DNA of 64,000 nucleotides from Candidatus Eremiobacteraceae bacterium (GCA_036561585.1 DATBOZ010000078.1:4544-68543); one strand, 5' to 3'; shown: positions 46,710 to 55,269, numbered from the stretch's first letter. Program-made: numbers and translations. The notes: generated by a model from the sequence alone, not told the origin.

Positions 46710-47410
46710 AGCACGTGGTCGCGGCGATCGCCGCACTCATTTTCTTCTTTCCGTCAGGTATCGGCGCGAAGGGAGCGACGGCGGCTCCCACTGCCACCGT
46801 CACCGGCATTGCGTTGGACGCAGCGTGGAAAGTGAAGATCTACCAGCTCGCCCGCACGAAATTTCTCCATCCGGCGTGGGGTTGGCAGCACTGCGAGCGC
46901 AACTATCAAGTCGCCATGCGGTTGGCGAAGGGTGACGGTCTCACCGTCGATCGGGACGTCCTGTTCGCGGCGTCGTTCCTGCATGATATGGCGGCGTTTC
47001 CACCCTATGCGAAAGCCGGCATGGAACATGGCGACCGCGCCGCGCAGACGAGCGAGGCTGTGCTGCGCGAGGCCGGCTTTCCAATGCGCAAATTCGCCGC
47101 TGTGCAAGCCGCCGAGCGCGGGCACATGTACTACAGCAATCCTGGCGCGCTGCCCGAAGCCATCGTCCTGCACGACGCAGATTCGTTGGATTTTCTCGGT
47201 GCGATCGGCGCAGCCCGGCTGATCGCCCTCACGGGTGAGAAGGCGCGCGACTTCGGAGCAGCCATTTCGGCGCTGCGTACGCTCGAGCATGACGTGCCGT
47301 CGCGGCTGATCACGAAAACGGCGCGGCGCATCGCCGAACAGCGCCTCGCAGAGCTGCGGACGTTCCTCGACGACCTGCAGCGCGAATCGTTCGACGGCAA
47401 AGCCATGTGA
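46706..47410 (+). CDS. HD-domain phosphohydrolase with N-terminal signal/anchor sequence
   Basis: The ATG overlaps the CGNR stop (ATGA). N-terminus MKHVVAAIAALIFFFPSGIGAKGA. HD signature H...HD...D in WQHCERN...FLHDMAAF...HDADSLDFLG. Confidence 0.65.
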   Translation: MKHVVAAIAALIFFFPSGIGAKGATAAPTATVTGIALDAAWKVKIYQLARTKFLHPAWGWQHCERNYQVAMRLAKGDGLTVDRDVLFAASFLHDMAAFPPYAKAGMEHGDRAAQTSEAVLREAGFPMRKFAAVQAAERGHMYYSNPGALPEAIVLHDADSLDFLGAIGAARLIALTGEKARDFGAAISALRTLEHDVPSRLITKTARRIAEQRLAELRTFLDDLQRESFDGKAM

Positions 47411-47611
47411 CGTCGCTCTGCTGAGGGCCCGTTATTCCCAGCCAGTCTCGATGTCAAACATGTCTCACAAAGCGGCATGAATGATTCGTGAGAATTACCC
47501 ATCTTTTGCGAAGGAGGGTTGCACGCGGCGATTCGTGGGCACGTTTGTATTCGTATGGAGAATAGGGCGTATTCGAATACTCACCGTGTCACGAATTCAA
47601 GGAGAATCACA

Positions 47612-48445
47612 TTGAACAGATGGAGATCATCGGCGGGGCTGCTCCTCGCAGCCGGACTCGCGTTGTCCGGTTGCAGCAGCGTCGCGAATAGAATCGCGGG
47701 CTTCGGCCAACATGGTTTTGCCCGTCTCATCGTCGCCTCCCCCACCACGGTCACGACCGGCATCGCCCTCGAAGCCGACGGCGGCGTGATCAACTCCGGT
47801 CTGAGCACCACGACGCCGATCGGCGTCTACAGCAATGTCGGCGCGACGTCCATCAAGTTCGACGTCAACACCGGCGCCGGCACCCAAGATCTCGTCCCAG
47901 CCATCAACGTCAGCGTCGCTCCGTCGACGAACTATTCCATCGTGCTCGAAGGTGAACCGGGAGCAAGTAACTACATCGCATTCGGGTTCCAAGACACGAA
48001 CGCGCTCAACAACGCGGCGACCGTTCGCTTCAAAGTGAATCACGCGGCGCCCAACGTCGTCGGGCCCATCGACGTCTATGTCTGGCTTTCAACCACCTCG
48101 ATCCCCGGAACGCCGACAGTGCCGGGCATGTTGTTGAACCAGGATTCCGGATCGGTTGCGAACGCGCCGGGCAATGCTTACATCCCGCAGCAGGGCAGCA
48201 ACTCGACGTTGCCCGCGGGCATCTACCAGATCGCGATCGTTCCCGCCGGCACCGTTCCTAACGGATCGTCCGACATGTTCGACGGATCAACGTCGTTCGT
48301 CTTGAACACCTCGTACTCGCTTACGATTCAAGATGTCGATGCGACACCGAACCATATCAACGTCTTGACTTCGATCGACGAACCTTTCCAAGGATCGAAT
48401 CAAACGGCCGTCGCGCGCCACCCGCTCCACGTGCATCCGCGCTGA
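47612..48445 (+). CDS. Lipoprotein, DUF4397-like
   Basis: The TTG lies 7 nt after AAGGAG. Lipobox LLAAGLALSGC. VRFKVNHAAPNVVGPIDVYV resembles the DUF4397 repeat. Confidence 0.55.
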   Translation: MNRWRSSAGLLLAAGLALSGCSSVANRIAGFGQHGFARLIVASPTTVTTGIALEADGGVINSGLSTTTPIGVYSNVGATSIKFDVNTGAGTQDLVPAINVSVAPSTNYSIVLEGEPGASNYIAFGFQDTNALNNAATVRFKVNHAAPNVVGPIDVYVWLSTTSIPGTPTVPGMLLNQDSGSVANAPGNAYIPQQGSNSTLPAGIYQIAIVPAGTVPNGSSDMFDGSTSFVLNTSYSLTIQDVDATPNHINVLTSIDEPFQGSNQTAVARHPLHVHPR

Positions 48446-48463
48446 TCCCGAATGCGGGCCTGC

Positions 48464-48490
48464 AATAGGGTGAGCGTCGCTCACCCTATT
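48464..48490. repeat. Perfect 27-nt palindrome downstream of the DUF4397-like gene
   Basis: AATAGGGTGAGCG-T-CGCTCACCCTATT. No T-run follows it. Confidence 0.8.
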
Positions 48491-48493
48491 CTC

Positions 48494-48536
48494 CTATAGC
48501 GCCGACCTCTATGCCGGCTGCCCGATGATAAGCGCC
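48494..48536. repeat. Decayed two-hairpin REP-like module
   Basis: CTATAGCGCCGACCTCTATGCCGGCTGCCCGATGATAAGCGCC aligns to the 16864-16920 module but the stems are broken. Confidence 0.45.
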
Positions 48537-48609
48537 AACACGATGCGTACCGAAAGGGCGCCCACGAGCGGCGTTCGAAGCGTGCTAACCCCGTTCGGAG
48601 GTCTGTGCC

Positions 48610-49890
48610 ATGCGCCGATTCCTTGTGATGTTCGCCGTGGTCGTCGCGTTCGCCGGTTGCGGCTCGCGAAGCGCCTTGCCGGGCGCGGTCGCGCCGCGAG
48701 CAGGCGAACCAATTCAACCTCAGGTCATCCAAAAGGGCGCCGGTGCGCAGTGGGTGACGCTCCACGTGGCCACGTTGGGCGCTCTGCTCGGGCCGATCGT
48801 CACCGGTCCGGACGGCGACATGTGGTTCATCGACGAGAACGCGGCGAGCCTGGCTGCAGTTTCCATGACCGGCGGATTCCGTGAATTCTCGCTTTCAGGC
48901 GAACTCGGATCCAATGCTGTGGCGCTCACGGTCGGGGCAGACAAGAAATTCTATATCAGCGATGAGACCACGAGCATCACGCGCGTCACCACCGGCGGCG
49001 CTGCGGTGGTGATCCCGATTCCGAGCGGCGACAACACCGCGATCGACAGCAACGCGCTCGGTCCTGACGGCAACGTTTGGTTCGCGGAGTTCAGCCACAT
49101 CGCAAAAGTCACGCCCGCGGGCGTCGTCTCCGAATTCGCCTATCCCACGCAGCCCAACACGAACCAATACGGTGGTGTGACCTCGGGCCCCGACGGGAAC
49201 GTCTGGTTTTCGGAGTCCTCGAATAATGCCATTGGACGAATAAACCCTTCGACCGGGAAGATCAAGGAATTCAAGATCACCCAAGGATGCACGCCCGCCG
49301 CGATCGTCACCGCCAAAGACCACGCGATGTGGTTTGCCTGTTTGGACAGCACGCCTACCGTGGGCCGGATCTCGACCTCCGGCACGATCGCGCTCTTCCC
49401 CGGCGGCGGCGGCTTCAATTCAAACGAAACCGAGCAATTCGGAGCGGTAGGTCCGGACGGCAATCCGTGGTTTGCATCCGGAAACAACAACGTCGTCTTC
49501 AATATCGATACCACGACGCACAACGTCGCCACGTTCAGCCCGCCGCTGCTCGCGGGGGAACGCCCCGACGCGCTGCAGACCGGCCCCGACGGCAACATCT
49601 GGGTGACGACCGTCGGACAGAATCATATCTACGTGCTTGTGATCAACCCGCTGTCGGTCACGCCGCACAAACTCATGTTCACCGCGACCGGTCAGAACTT
49701 GACGGTCACCGTCAGCGAGCACGGCACGAATTCGTGGACGGCCAAGTCGTCCAACACACTGGTCGCGACCGTCATGCAAGGGTCGCCGAGCTCGAAATTC
49801 ATCGTCACCTCGGTCGGACCCGGTTCGTGCAAAGTGACCATCGCGGACGCGGCCGGCAACAGCGTCAAGGTGAAAGTAACCGTGCCGTAA
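48610..49890 (+). CDS. Vgb-like beta-propeller protein with C-terminal Ig-like domain
   Basis: Lipoprotein-like N-terminus (VVVAFAGCGS). Repeats GPDGDMWFID, GPDGNVWFAE, GPDGNVWFSE, GPDGNPWFAS, GPDGNIWVTT. The C-terminal region of about 90 aa looks like a beta-sandwich. Confidence 0.6.
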   Translation: MRRFLVMFAVVVAFAGCGSRSALPGAVAPRAGEPIQPQVIQKGAGAQWVTLHVATLGALLGPIVTGPDGDMWFIDENAASLAAVSMTGGFREFSLSGELGSNAVALTVGADKKFYISDETTSITRVTTGGAAVVIPIPSGDNTAIDSNALGPDGNVWFAEFSHIAKVTPAGVVSEFAYPTQPNTNQYGGVTSGPDGNVWFSESSNNAIGRINPSTGKIKEFKITQGCTPAAIVTAKDHAMWFACLDSTPTVGRISTSGTIALFPGGGGFNSNETEQFGAVGPDGNPWFASGNNNVVFNIDTTTHNVATFSPPLLAGERPDALQTGPDGNIWVTTVGQNHIYVLVINPLSVTPHKLMFTATGQNLTVTVSEHGTNSWTAKSSNTLVATVMQGSPSSKFIVTSVGPGSCKVTIADAAGNSVKVKVTVP

Positions 49891-49974
49891 GGGATTCCAG
49901 GTGCGTGGTCGAAGGTCAGCGGCCCGTTCGGACCTTTCAGGCCGCGGGAGCTCAAGCAGAGGAAAGGATCGAGC

Positions 49975-50352
49975 ATGGCAGTAGCCGAGAAAGTCGGAAT
50001 CCAGGGCGTCGATGCGTCCGTGTATCTCGTCAAGGATGTCGACCGCGCCAAGAAGTTCTGGCAGGACACCATGGGCTGCGAGATGACGATGGACTATGGT
50101 CCGTACGGTGGCGAATTCACGTTTGGCGACGACACGACATTTGGCATCTACAAACCCGACGATCAAGAATGGCGTCGCGGGGGCGGTCTGTTGTTCCGCG
50201 TCGGTGATTTACCGGCCGCGGTAGAACATTACAAGTCGCGCGGCGTGAAGTTCGAGGACGACGGAAAAATCGAAGACACTCCGGCCTGTTGGATGGCGTT
50301 TGCGGAGGACAGTGAGGGAAATTACTTCATCCTGCACAAGCGCAAAGCCTGA
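49975..50352 (+). CDS. VOC (glyoxalase-like) family protein
   Basis: 125 aa. Pattern GVDASVYLVKDVDRAKKFWQDTMG... Confidence 0.6.
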   Translation: MAVAEKVGIQGVDASVYLVKDVDRAKKFWQDTMGCEMTMDYGPYGGEFTFGDDTTFGIYKPDDQEWRRGGGLLFRVGDLPAAVEHYKSRGVKFEDDGKIEDTPACWMAFAEDSEGNYFILHKRKA

Positions 50353-50368
50353 CTGACATCGCCTATTT

Positions 50369-50392
50369 GAGCCCTGCTTAGACGCAGGGCTC
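50369..50392 (+). terminator. Stem-loop after the VOC gene (weak intrinsic terminator candidate)
   Basis: GAGCCCTGC-TTAGAC-GCAGGGCTC, a 9-bp stem. The downstream T-tract is poor (TCTGCATT). Confidence 0.4.
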
Positions 50393-50419
50393 TCTGCATT
50401 GCTTCGCGGAGGTTTGACC

Positions 50420-50836
50420 ATGCCGAGTCGCATCAATCATATGGCCGTCTGGGTCGCCGCGTTCGTCTTCTTCGGTTGGGGGTATCTCTTCTACGGCCTC
50501 CTGCTCGGAAACCAATGGATGGCCGCGCAAGGGAAGACCGCGGCGGATTTCACGCCCGTTCCCACGATCTATCTATGGTCGTTCATCCTCGGATTGATCT
50601 TGTCGTACGCGACTGCGATGGCGCTGACGCGACACCCGGAGGATCAGAATGTCGCGCAGGGCATCAGCTTCGCGTTGTTCATGGGCATCGCTCTGTACGC
50701 CACGCAGACGCTGAATCACGTCATCTACGAAAACATTCCCATGTCGCTGTGGATAATCGACACGGCGTACACCGTCATCGGGTTCGCGATCGTCGGGGCG
50801 ATCATCGGCGCCTGGAAGAAATCGGGCGCGACGTAG
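50420..50836 (+). CDS. DUF1761-like integral membrane protein
   Basis: The ATG lies 8 nt after GGAGG. N-terminus MPSRINHMAVWVAAFVFFGWGYLFYGLL and four hydrophobic segments. Confidence 0.5.
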   Translation: MPSRINHMAVWVAAFVFFGWGYLFYGLLLGNQWMAAQGKTAADFTPVPTIYLWSFILGLILSYATAMALTRHPEDQNVAQGISFALFMGIALYATQTLNHVIYENIPMSLWIIDTAYTVIGFAIVGAIIGAWKKSGAT

Positions 50837-50851
50837 CGAGCGTTCAACCCG

Positions 50852-52108
50852 CTAGTGCGCCGGAAGCGCGAGTGCGAGCGGTAACAGCTGCGGGATGATG
50901 TAGTACGGATCGAGCCCGGTACCATCGTTGGTCAGGATGACGATATCGAGGCCGTCGTTTGGGAACGTGGCGTTCATCGTCGCAAACCCGCCGATGGCCC
51001 CGTCATGCCAGACGTAGGCATGGCCCTGCAGAGTCGCGATGAACCAACCGTCGGCGTACGTGCCGTATGATTGCGGGAACGGACCGGGCGCGAACATCTG
51101 CGTCAGCGTCTGACGCGTGAAAATGCCGGGCTGCCGGACCGCCTCATCCCACTTTTCGATGTCGCCCACCGTCGACGTCAAGCCGCCCGGTCCGGCGAGC
51201 CACTGCAGATTCCACTGCCACGACCGGAAGAACGAGCCGCCCACCGAGGCGTAACCGAGCGCGAGGTCCGTGACCGGCGACGGCGGATAACCTTGCGCGG
51301 TGTGCGTCATGCCGAGCGGCCCAAAAATGCGCTGCTCGAGGAAATCGCCGAGCGGCACACCGCTCACTTTTGCGACGATCATCCCCAACAGCACATAGTT
51401 CGAATTGCTGTAATCGAACTGAGAACCGGGTGCGAACTTCAGGGGAAAGGTCGCGAGAGCGTCGACGATCGGCTGGTAGTTCGTCTGCCCGTCGGCCATG
51501 AATTGCGCATAGGCGCCGCTGAAGTCCGGTGGGGCGCCGAAGTTGTTGTATTCGACCAGGCCGCTCGAATGCTGGAGCAGATCCACCAGCGTGATCGCAT
51601 TGCCGTTGGGAAACGTGGGAAAATATTTCGAGAGCGGGTCGTTCACCGAAAGTTTTCCATCTTGCTGCAACAAGAGGATCGCGCCGGCCGTGAATTCTTT
51701 GCTGACCGAAGCCAGATCGAACGACGTGTCCGCATCCGGCGCAAATCGGCCGCGATTCATGTTGAAGAGTTTGTCCGGCTCCTCGATATTCCAGAAGTTC
51801 TGTCCGATGAACGATTCGGGAAGCCCGCGGTCGCGCAATCCGTAACCGTGCTGATAGACGAGGATCGCGTTCTTATAGATCGCGATCTCGACGCCGAAGT
51901 TGCCCGGGTACGCCGCCTCGACCACTTTGTCGATCGCCGAGCCGGTCGGGCTCGGCACAGGACGCGCGGCGGGCAGCGCGCCACCGCCGCAAGCACAGAG
52001 CGGCGCCACGAGGGCGAGCGCGATGACCGTTACGGCTGTGCGCAAAGGTCCTCTGTGGGGCCGACTCTTGCGGTCGGCCAATTTTTTTGGGCGAGCGATG
52101 TTCGTCAC
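50852..52108 (-). CDS. Serine hydrolase, beta-lactamase class C / peptidase S12 family (lipoprotein)
   Basis: Contains SVSKEF (SxxK), YSNSNY (YxN) and lipobox LVAPLCAC. The GTG at 52108 overlaps the upstream stop (GTGA), but the first 20 codons then read through a REP unit. The TTG at 52045 is an alternative start. Confidence 0.75.
   Translation of the reverse strand: MTNIARPKKLADRKSRPHRGPLRTAVTVIALALVAPLCACGGGALPAARPVPSPTGSAIDKVVEAAYPGNFGVEIAIYKNAILVYQHGYGLRDRGLPESFIGQNFWNIEEPDKLFNMNRGRFAPDADTSFDLASVSKEFTAGAILLLQQDGKLSVNDPLSKYFPTFPNGNAITLVDLLQHSSGLVEYNNFGAPPDFSGAYAQFMADGQTNYQPIVDALATFPLKFAPGSQFDYSNSNYVLLGMIVAKVSGVPLGDFLEQRIFGPLGMTHTAQGYPPSPVTDLALGYASVGGSFFRSWQWNLQWLAGPGGLTSTVGDIEKWDEAVRQPGIFTRQTLTQMFAPGPFPQSYGTYADGWFIATLQGHAYVWHDGAIGGFATMNATFPNDGLDIVILTNDGTGLDPYYIIPQLLPLALALPAH
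52051..52088 (+). repeat. REP-like hairpin plus T7 run inside a minus-strand operon junction
   Basis: CTCTGTGG-GGCCGAC-TCTTGCG-GTCGGCC-AATTTTTTT. Confidence 0.85.
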
Positions 52109-53082
52109 CGCACTGAAGCGATGAGCTCGAAGAACTTCGCGAGATCGATATTGCCGCCTGAGACCACGGCGACGATCGGCCCGCCTGTTTCCAATTTGCC
52201 CGAGAGCGCGGCGGCGGTCGAAAGCGCGCCCGCGCCTTCGGCGATCACGCGCGCATTTTCAGCCAGCAATCGCATGGCGCGCTTGGTCTCGTCGAGCGTA
52301 ACGACGATGGACCCATCGACGATATCTTTGAAACGCTGCCACATGCGCGGAAAGACGCTTTTGCCGCCGGCGCCGTCGACGAATGAGACTTGCCACGCAT
52401 CGAATCTCGATGCGGCGCCACGAGCAAAGGACGCTGCGCCCGGCGCGGCGGTCTCCGGCTCCGCACCGAACACGCGCACATCTGGATTGCGCGCTTTCAC
52501 GCCCGTCGCTACGCCGGTGATCAATCCGCCGCCGCCGATCGCAGCGATGACCACTGCGGCGTCCGGCAGATCTTCCATGATCTCAAGGCCCATCGTGGCG
52601 TTGCCGGTGATGAAATCGTCATCGTCGAACGGGTGGACGAACGCGCCGTCGACACCGGGAAATTCGCGCCGCTCCATCGCCTCCCAACACGCATCGAACG
52701 ACGCCTTGACGAGGTTGGCGCCGAGCGCCCGCATCCGCGCCACTTTTGTCTCGGGCGCGGTTTCGATCGTGACGACCGTACACGGAATGCCGGCTTGCCG
52801 CGCCGCATATGCGACGCCCTGACCGGCGTTGCCGGCGCTGATGGTCCACACGCCGCGTGCGCGCCGGTCGTGCGGCAATTTGGCGACCGCGTTCGCGGCC
52901 CCGCGCAGTTTGAAGGAATTGATGGGCTGGAGATTCTCAAGTTTGAGGTAGATCTCGCGCTCGGCCGGGCCGAGCTCGAGCTTTACGAGCGGCGTACGCG
53001 CGATCGTGCCGGCGATCCGCTCGCGGGCCGCCTCGATATCCTTCAGACTGATCGGCCGTATCCCGGCAGGTGTTTGTGCCAT
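52105..53082 (-). CDS. PLP-dependent threonine/serine ammonia-lyase-like enzyme (catalytic domain only)
   Basis: Start trimmed to MAQTPAGIRPISLKDIEAARERI. PLP-lysine motif NSFKLRGA and Gly-rich loop AAIGGGGLITG. No ACT-like regulatory domain. Confidence 0.75.
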   Translation of the reverse strand: MAQTPAGIRPISLKDIEAARERIAGTIARTPLVKLELGPAEREIYLKLENLQPINSFKLRGAANAVAKLPHDRRARGVWTISAGNAGQGVAYAARQAGIPCTVVTIETAPETKVARMRALGANLVKASFDACWEAMERREFPGVDGAFVHPFDDDDFITGNATMGLEIMEDLPDAAVVIAAIGGGGLITGVATGVKARNPDVRVFGAEPETAAPGAASFARGAASRFDAWQVSFVDGAGGKSVFPRMWQRFKDIVDGSIVVTLDETKRAMRLLAENARVIAEGAGALSTAAALSGKLETGGPIVAVVSGGNIDLAKFFELIASVR

Positions 53083-53090
53083 GTCGAAGA

Positions 53091-55091
53091 TCAACGGAAA
53101 TGCGCGCTGATGAAGTCCATCCAATGCTCGTAGACGTCGAGCGCTCGCACCGGATCGCCTGGGAAATGCCCGTTGACCGGCCAGACGCGCAGCGTCGCGT
53201 CCTTGTGATTGTCGCGCAACGCGCGCCAGTACATGGACGAAGTCGCGAACGGGTCGCGATTGTCGCCGATGTCGGAAAGGATCAGCACGGGCGTGGTCAC
53301 GTCGGGCGCGTACGTGATCGCCGATGCGCGACGCCACTCCGCGGCGTTGTCCGCGACGTATGGCGACCCGTGGAAGAGTCCCGCATCCGACCCACTGTCG
53401 TCCGCAACCCCGTAGTCGGTGGCCCAATCGTTGACCGATGCACCGGACACCGCCGAACTCCAGATGTGGTACTTCGAGATCATCCACGCAGTCATGATCC
53501 CGCCATACGACCAACCTGACACCGCGATACGGCGATCATCGACGATCCCGCGGGCTTGAACGGTCTTCACCGCCGCCATGATGTCTTTCCCTGGTCCGTT
53601 TTCTGGGTCGTATAAAACGCCGCGCAGATACGAAAGCCCGAGATTGTTGCTGCCGCGATAATTCGGCTCAAGCACGAGCCATCCGCGGGCCGCCATGAGT
53701 TGGCCGAACAGGTCAAATCCATAGATCGACGCGCTTGTCGGGCCGCCGTGGATCTTCAGCACCAGCGGGTACTTTCGATGTGGATCGAAGCCGGGCGGCG
53801 TCAGCAGCACCGCATCGCCGTCGATTCCGAGTGTCGTGGAGAAATTCACGGTGTCCGCGCCGGCGAGGTCGAGCGCAGCCGTCGCGGCGTTGTAGTCCGT
53901 AAGTTCGACCACCTTGCCGTCACTCGAGCGGACATACAATTCTGCCGGCGCTCTGACCGCGCTCGCGACGAACACCATCGAGCCATCGACGGCGATGGCG
54001 CCTTGCAGCGCCGACGTGATGCGAAGACTATCGGTGGGCATCGGCACGAGCCCACCGAGCACTCCTGCGCGGAACATCGAAAGCGACGCATGGTTGGAAG
54101 CGGTCACGACCACGCCGTTCGAGTCGGGGAGCCATGCGAGATCATTGACGTAACAGTCACCTGCACGAGTCACCGCAGCGCCCTCGCCGCCCGCCGGCGT
54201 TGTGATATAGGCTTCGACTTGGTTGCTCTGGCCGTCACCGCGAGAATATTCATACGCGATGCGCTTCCCGTCAGGCGAAAAAAGCGGATTGACTTCATAG
54301 GCGTCATGGTTCGTCAAACGCGAGACCCTTCCGGAGGCGACGTCGACCATTTCGACATGCGACCGCTCGGCGTCGTTGAGGATGGCGTTCGGCGTGACCG
54401 TGAACGCGATCGTCTTCCCGTCCGCGGACCAAGAGATCGTCGACTGCGCCTCGCCCGTCGCGACGCTCTGCGTCCCGAACGTGAGTTGCGTCGCTCTCCC
54501 GCCATCGGTAGCGATCGTGAAAAGATGGGCAGGCCGCGGCGCGCTTCTTGCGATGATCGGCTCGGTCGTGAAGACAAAGCTGTCGCGAAATCTGTCGGCA
54601 CCTGTTCGCTTTGGTGCGGGATCCGCCGCAGTGTACGCGATGGCGGCACCGTCCGGCCGCCACGCGAATTGTTGCACGCCATCTGCGGCGTTTGTGACCG
54701 GCCGCGCATCGCCGCCGTCGAGCCGCAGCAACCACACTTGCGGCTGCGCGTCATCGCCGCTGCCCGCATCCGCGATGAACGCGACCATCGTGCCGTCGGG
54801 AGAGAACGCCGGCGTCGCGATGTTCTTGCGATCGTGGGTTATCGTGCGCCGGCCGCGCGTCGCGATGTCCACGAGATCGAGATCAGTCGTATAGGTGTCG
54901 TCATCCCAGACGATCCGCGAAACCACGACGACCGCGCGCTTGCCGTCCGGCGAGAGCGCCGGATCGGATAGTCCAACGACGTGCCGAAAATCGGACGCCT
55001 GCATCGCGCGACCGGAAGCGCCGTCGCAGACCAAAGTGACGGCTAGAGCTGCCAGCACGAGGATGCCGGTGACGCGCTTCAATTCGAACAT
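53091..55091 (-). CDS. Peptidase S9 (prolyl oligopeptidase / acylaminoacyl-peptidase family) with N-terminal beta-propeller
   Basis: Signal peptide MFELKRVTGILVLAALAVTL. PD40/TolB-like repeats (SPDGKR..., SPDGTM..., RPDGAA..., SADGKT..., SPDGKR...). Catalytic GWSYGG. Confidence 0.8.
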   Translation of the reverse strand: MFELKRVTGILVLAALAVTLVCDGASGRAMQASDFRHVVGLSDPALSPDGKRAVVVVSRIVWDDDTYTTDLDLVDIATRGRRTITHDRKNIATPAFSPDGTMVAFIADAGSGDDAQPQVWLLRLDGGDARPVTNAADGVQQFAWRPDGAAIAYTAADPAPKRTGADRFRDSFVFTTEPIIARSAPRPAHLFTIATDGGRATQLTFGTQSVATGEAQSTISWSADGKTIAFTVTPNAILNDAERSHVEMVDVASGRVSRLTNHDAYEVNPLFSPDGKRIAYEYSRGDGQSNQVEAYITTPAGGEGAAVTRAGDCYVNDLAWLPDSNGVVVTASNHASLSMFRAGVLGGLVPMPTDSLRITSALQGAIAVDGSMVFVASAVRAPAELYVRSSDGKVVELTDYNAATAALDLAGADTVNFSTTLGIDGDAVLLTPPGFDPHRKYPLVLKIHGGPTSASIYGFDLFGQLMAARGWLVLEPNYRGSNNLGLSYLRGVLYDPENGPGKDIMAAVKTVQARGIVDDRRIAVSGWSYGGIMTAWMISKYHIWSSAVSGASVNDWATDYGVADDSGSDAGLFHGSPYVADNAAEWRRASAITYAPDVTTPVLILSDIGDNRDPFATSSMYWRALRDNHKDATLRVWPVNGHFPGDPVRALDVYEHWMDFISAHFR

Positions 55092-55269
55092 CTTCGCAAT
55101 CCAAACCGCTGAATCTGCAGTGGCGCCGGCGACCCCGGGAACTCGTGATTTGAGAGTACGCCCTGGGCTTCCCTTTCTGCGAATCGATTCCCCAATTTCG
55201 CATCACAATCCGGCGACAAAGGTCGCCGAGCGATTCATTGCGTAACATGCGACGGTCAGGAGGGTCTCC

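Noticed and set aside
47511-47518. Strong SD-like AAGGAGGG with the TTG at 47519, which is the track ORF start for the DUF4397-like gene.
   Set aside because: Zero spacing between SD and start is non-functional. A better AAGGAG-7 nt-TTG at 47612 immediately precedes the lipoprotein signal peptide.
50381-50390. The 10-mer GACGCAGGGC is shared by the stem-loops at 50369-50392 and 58419-58461, hinting at a second repeat family.
   Set aside because: Only a 10-nt match, and it sits in different structural positions in the two hairpins. I noticed no further copies, so chance cannot be excluded.
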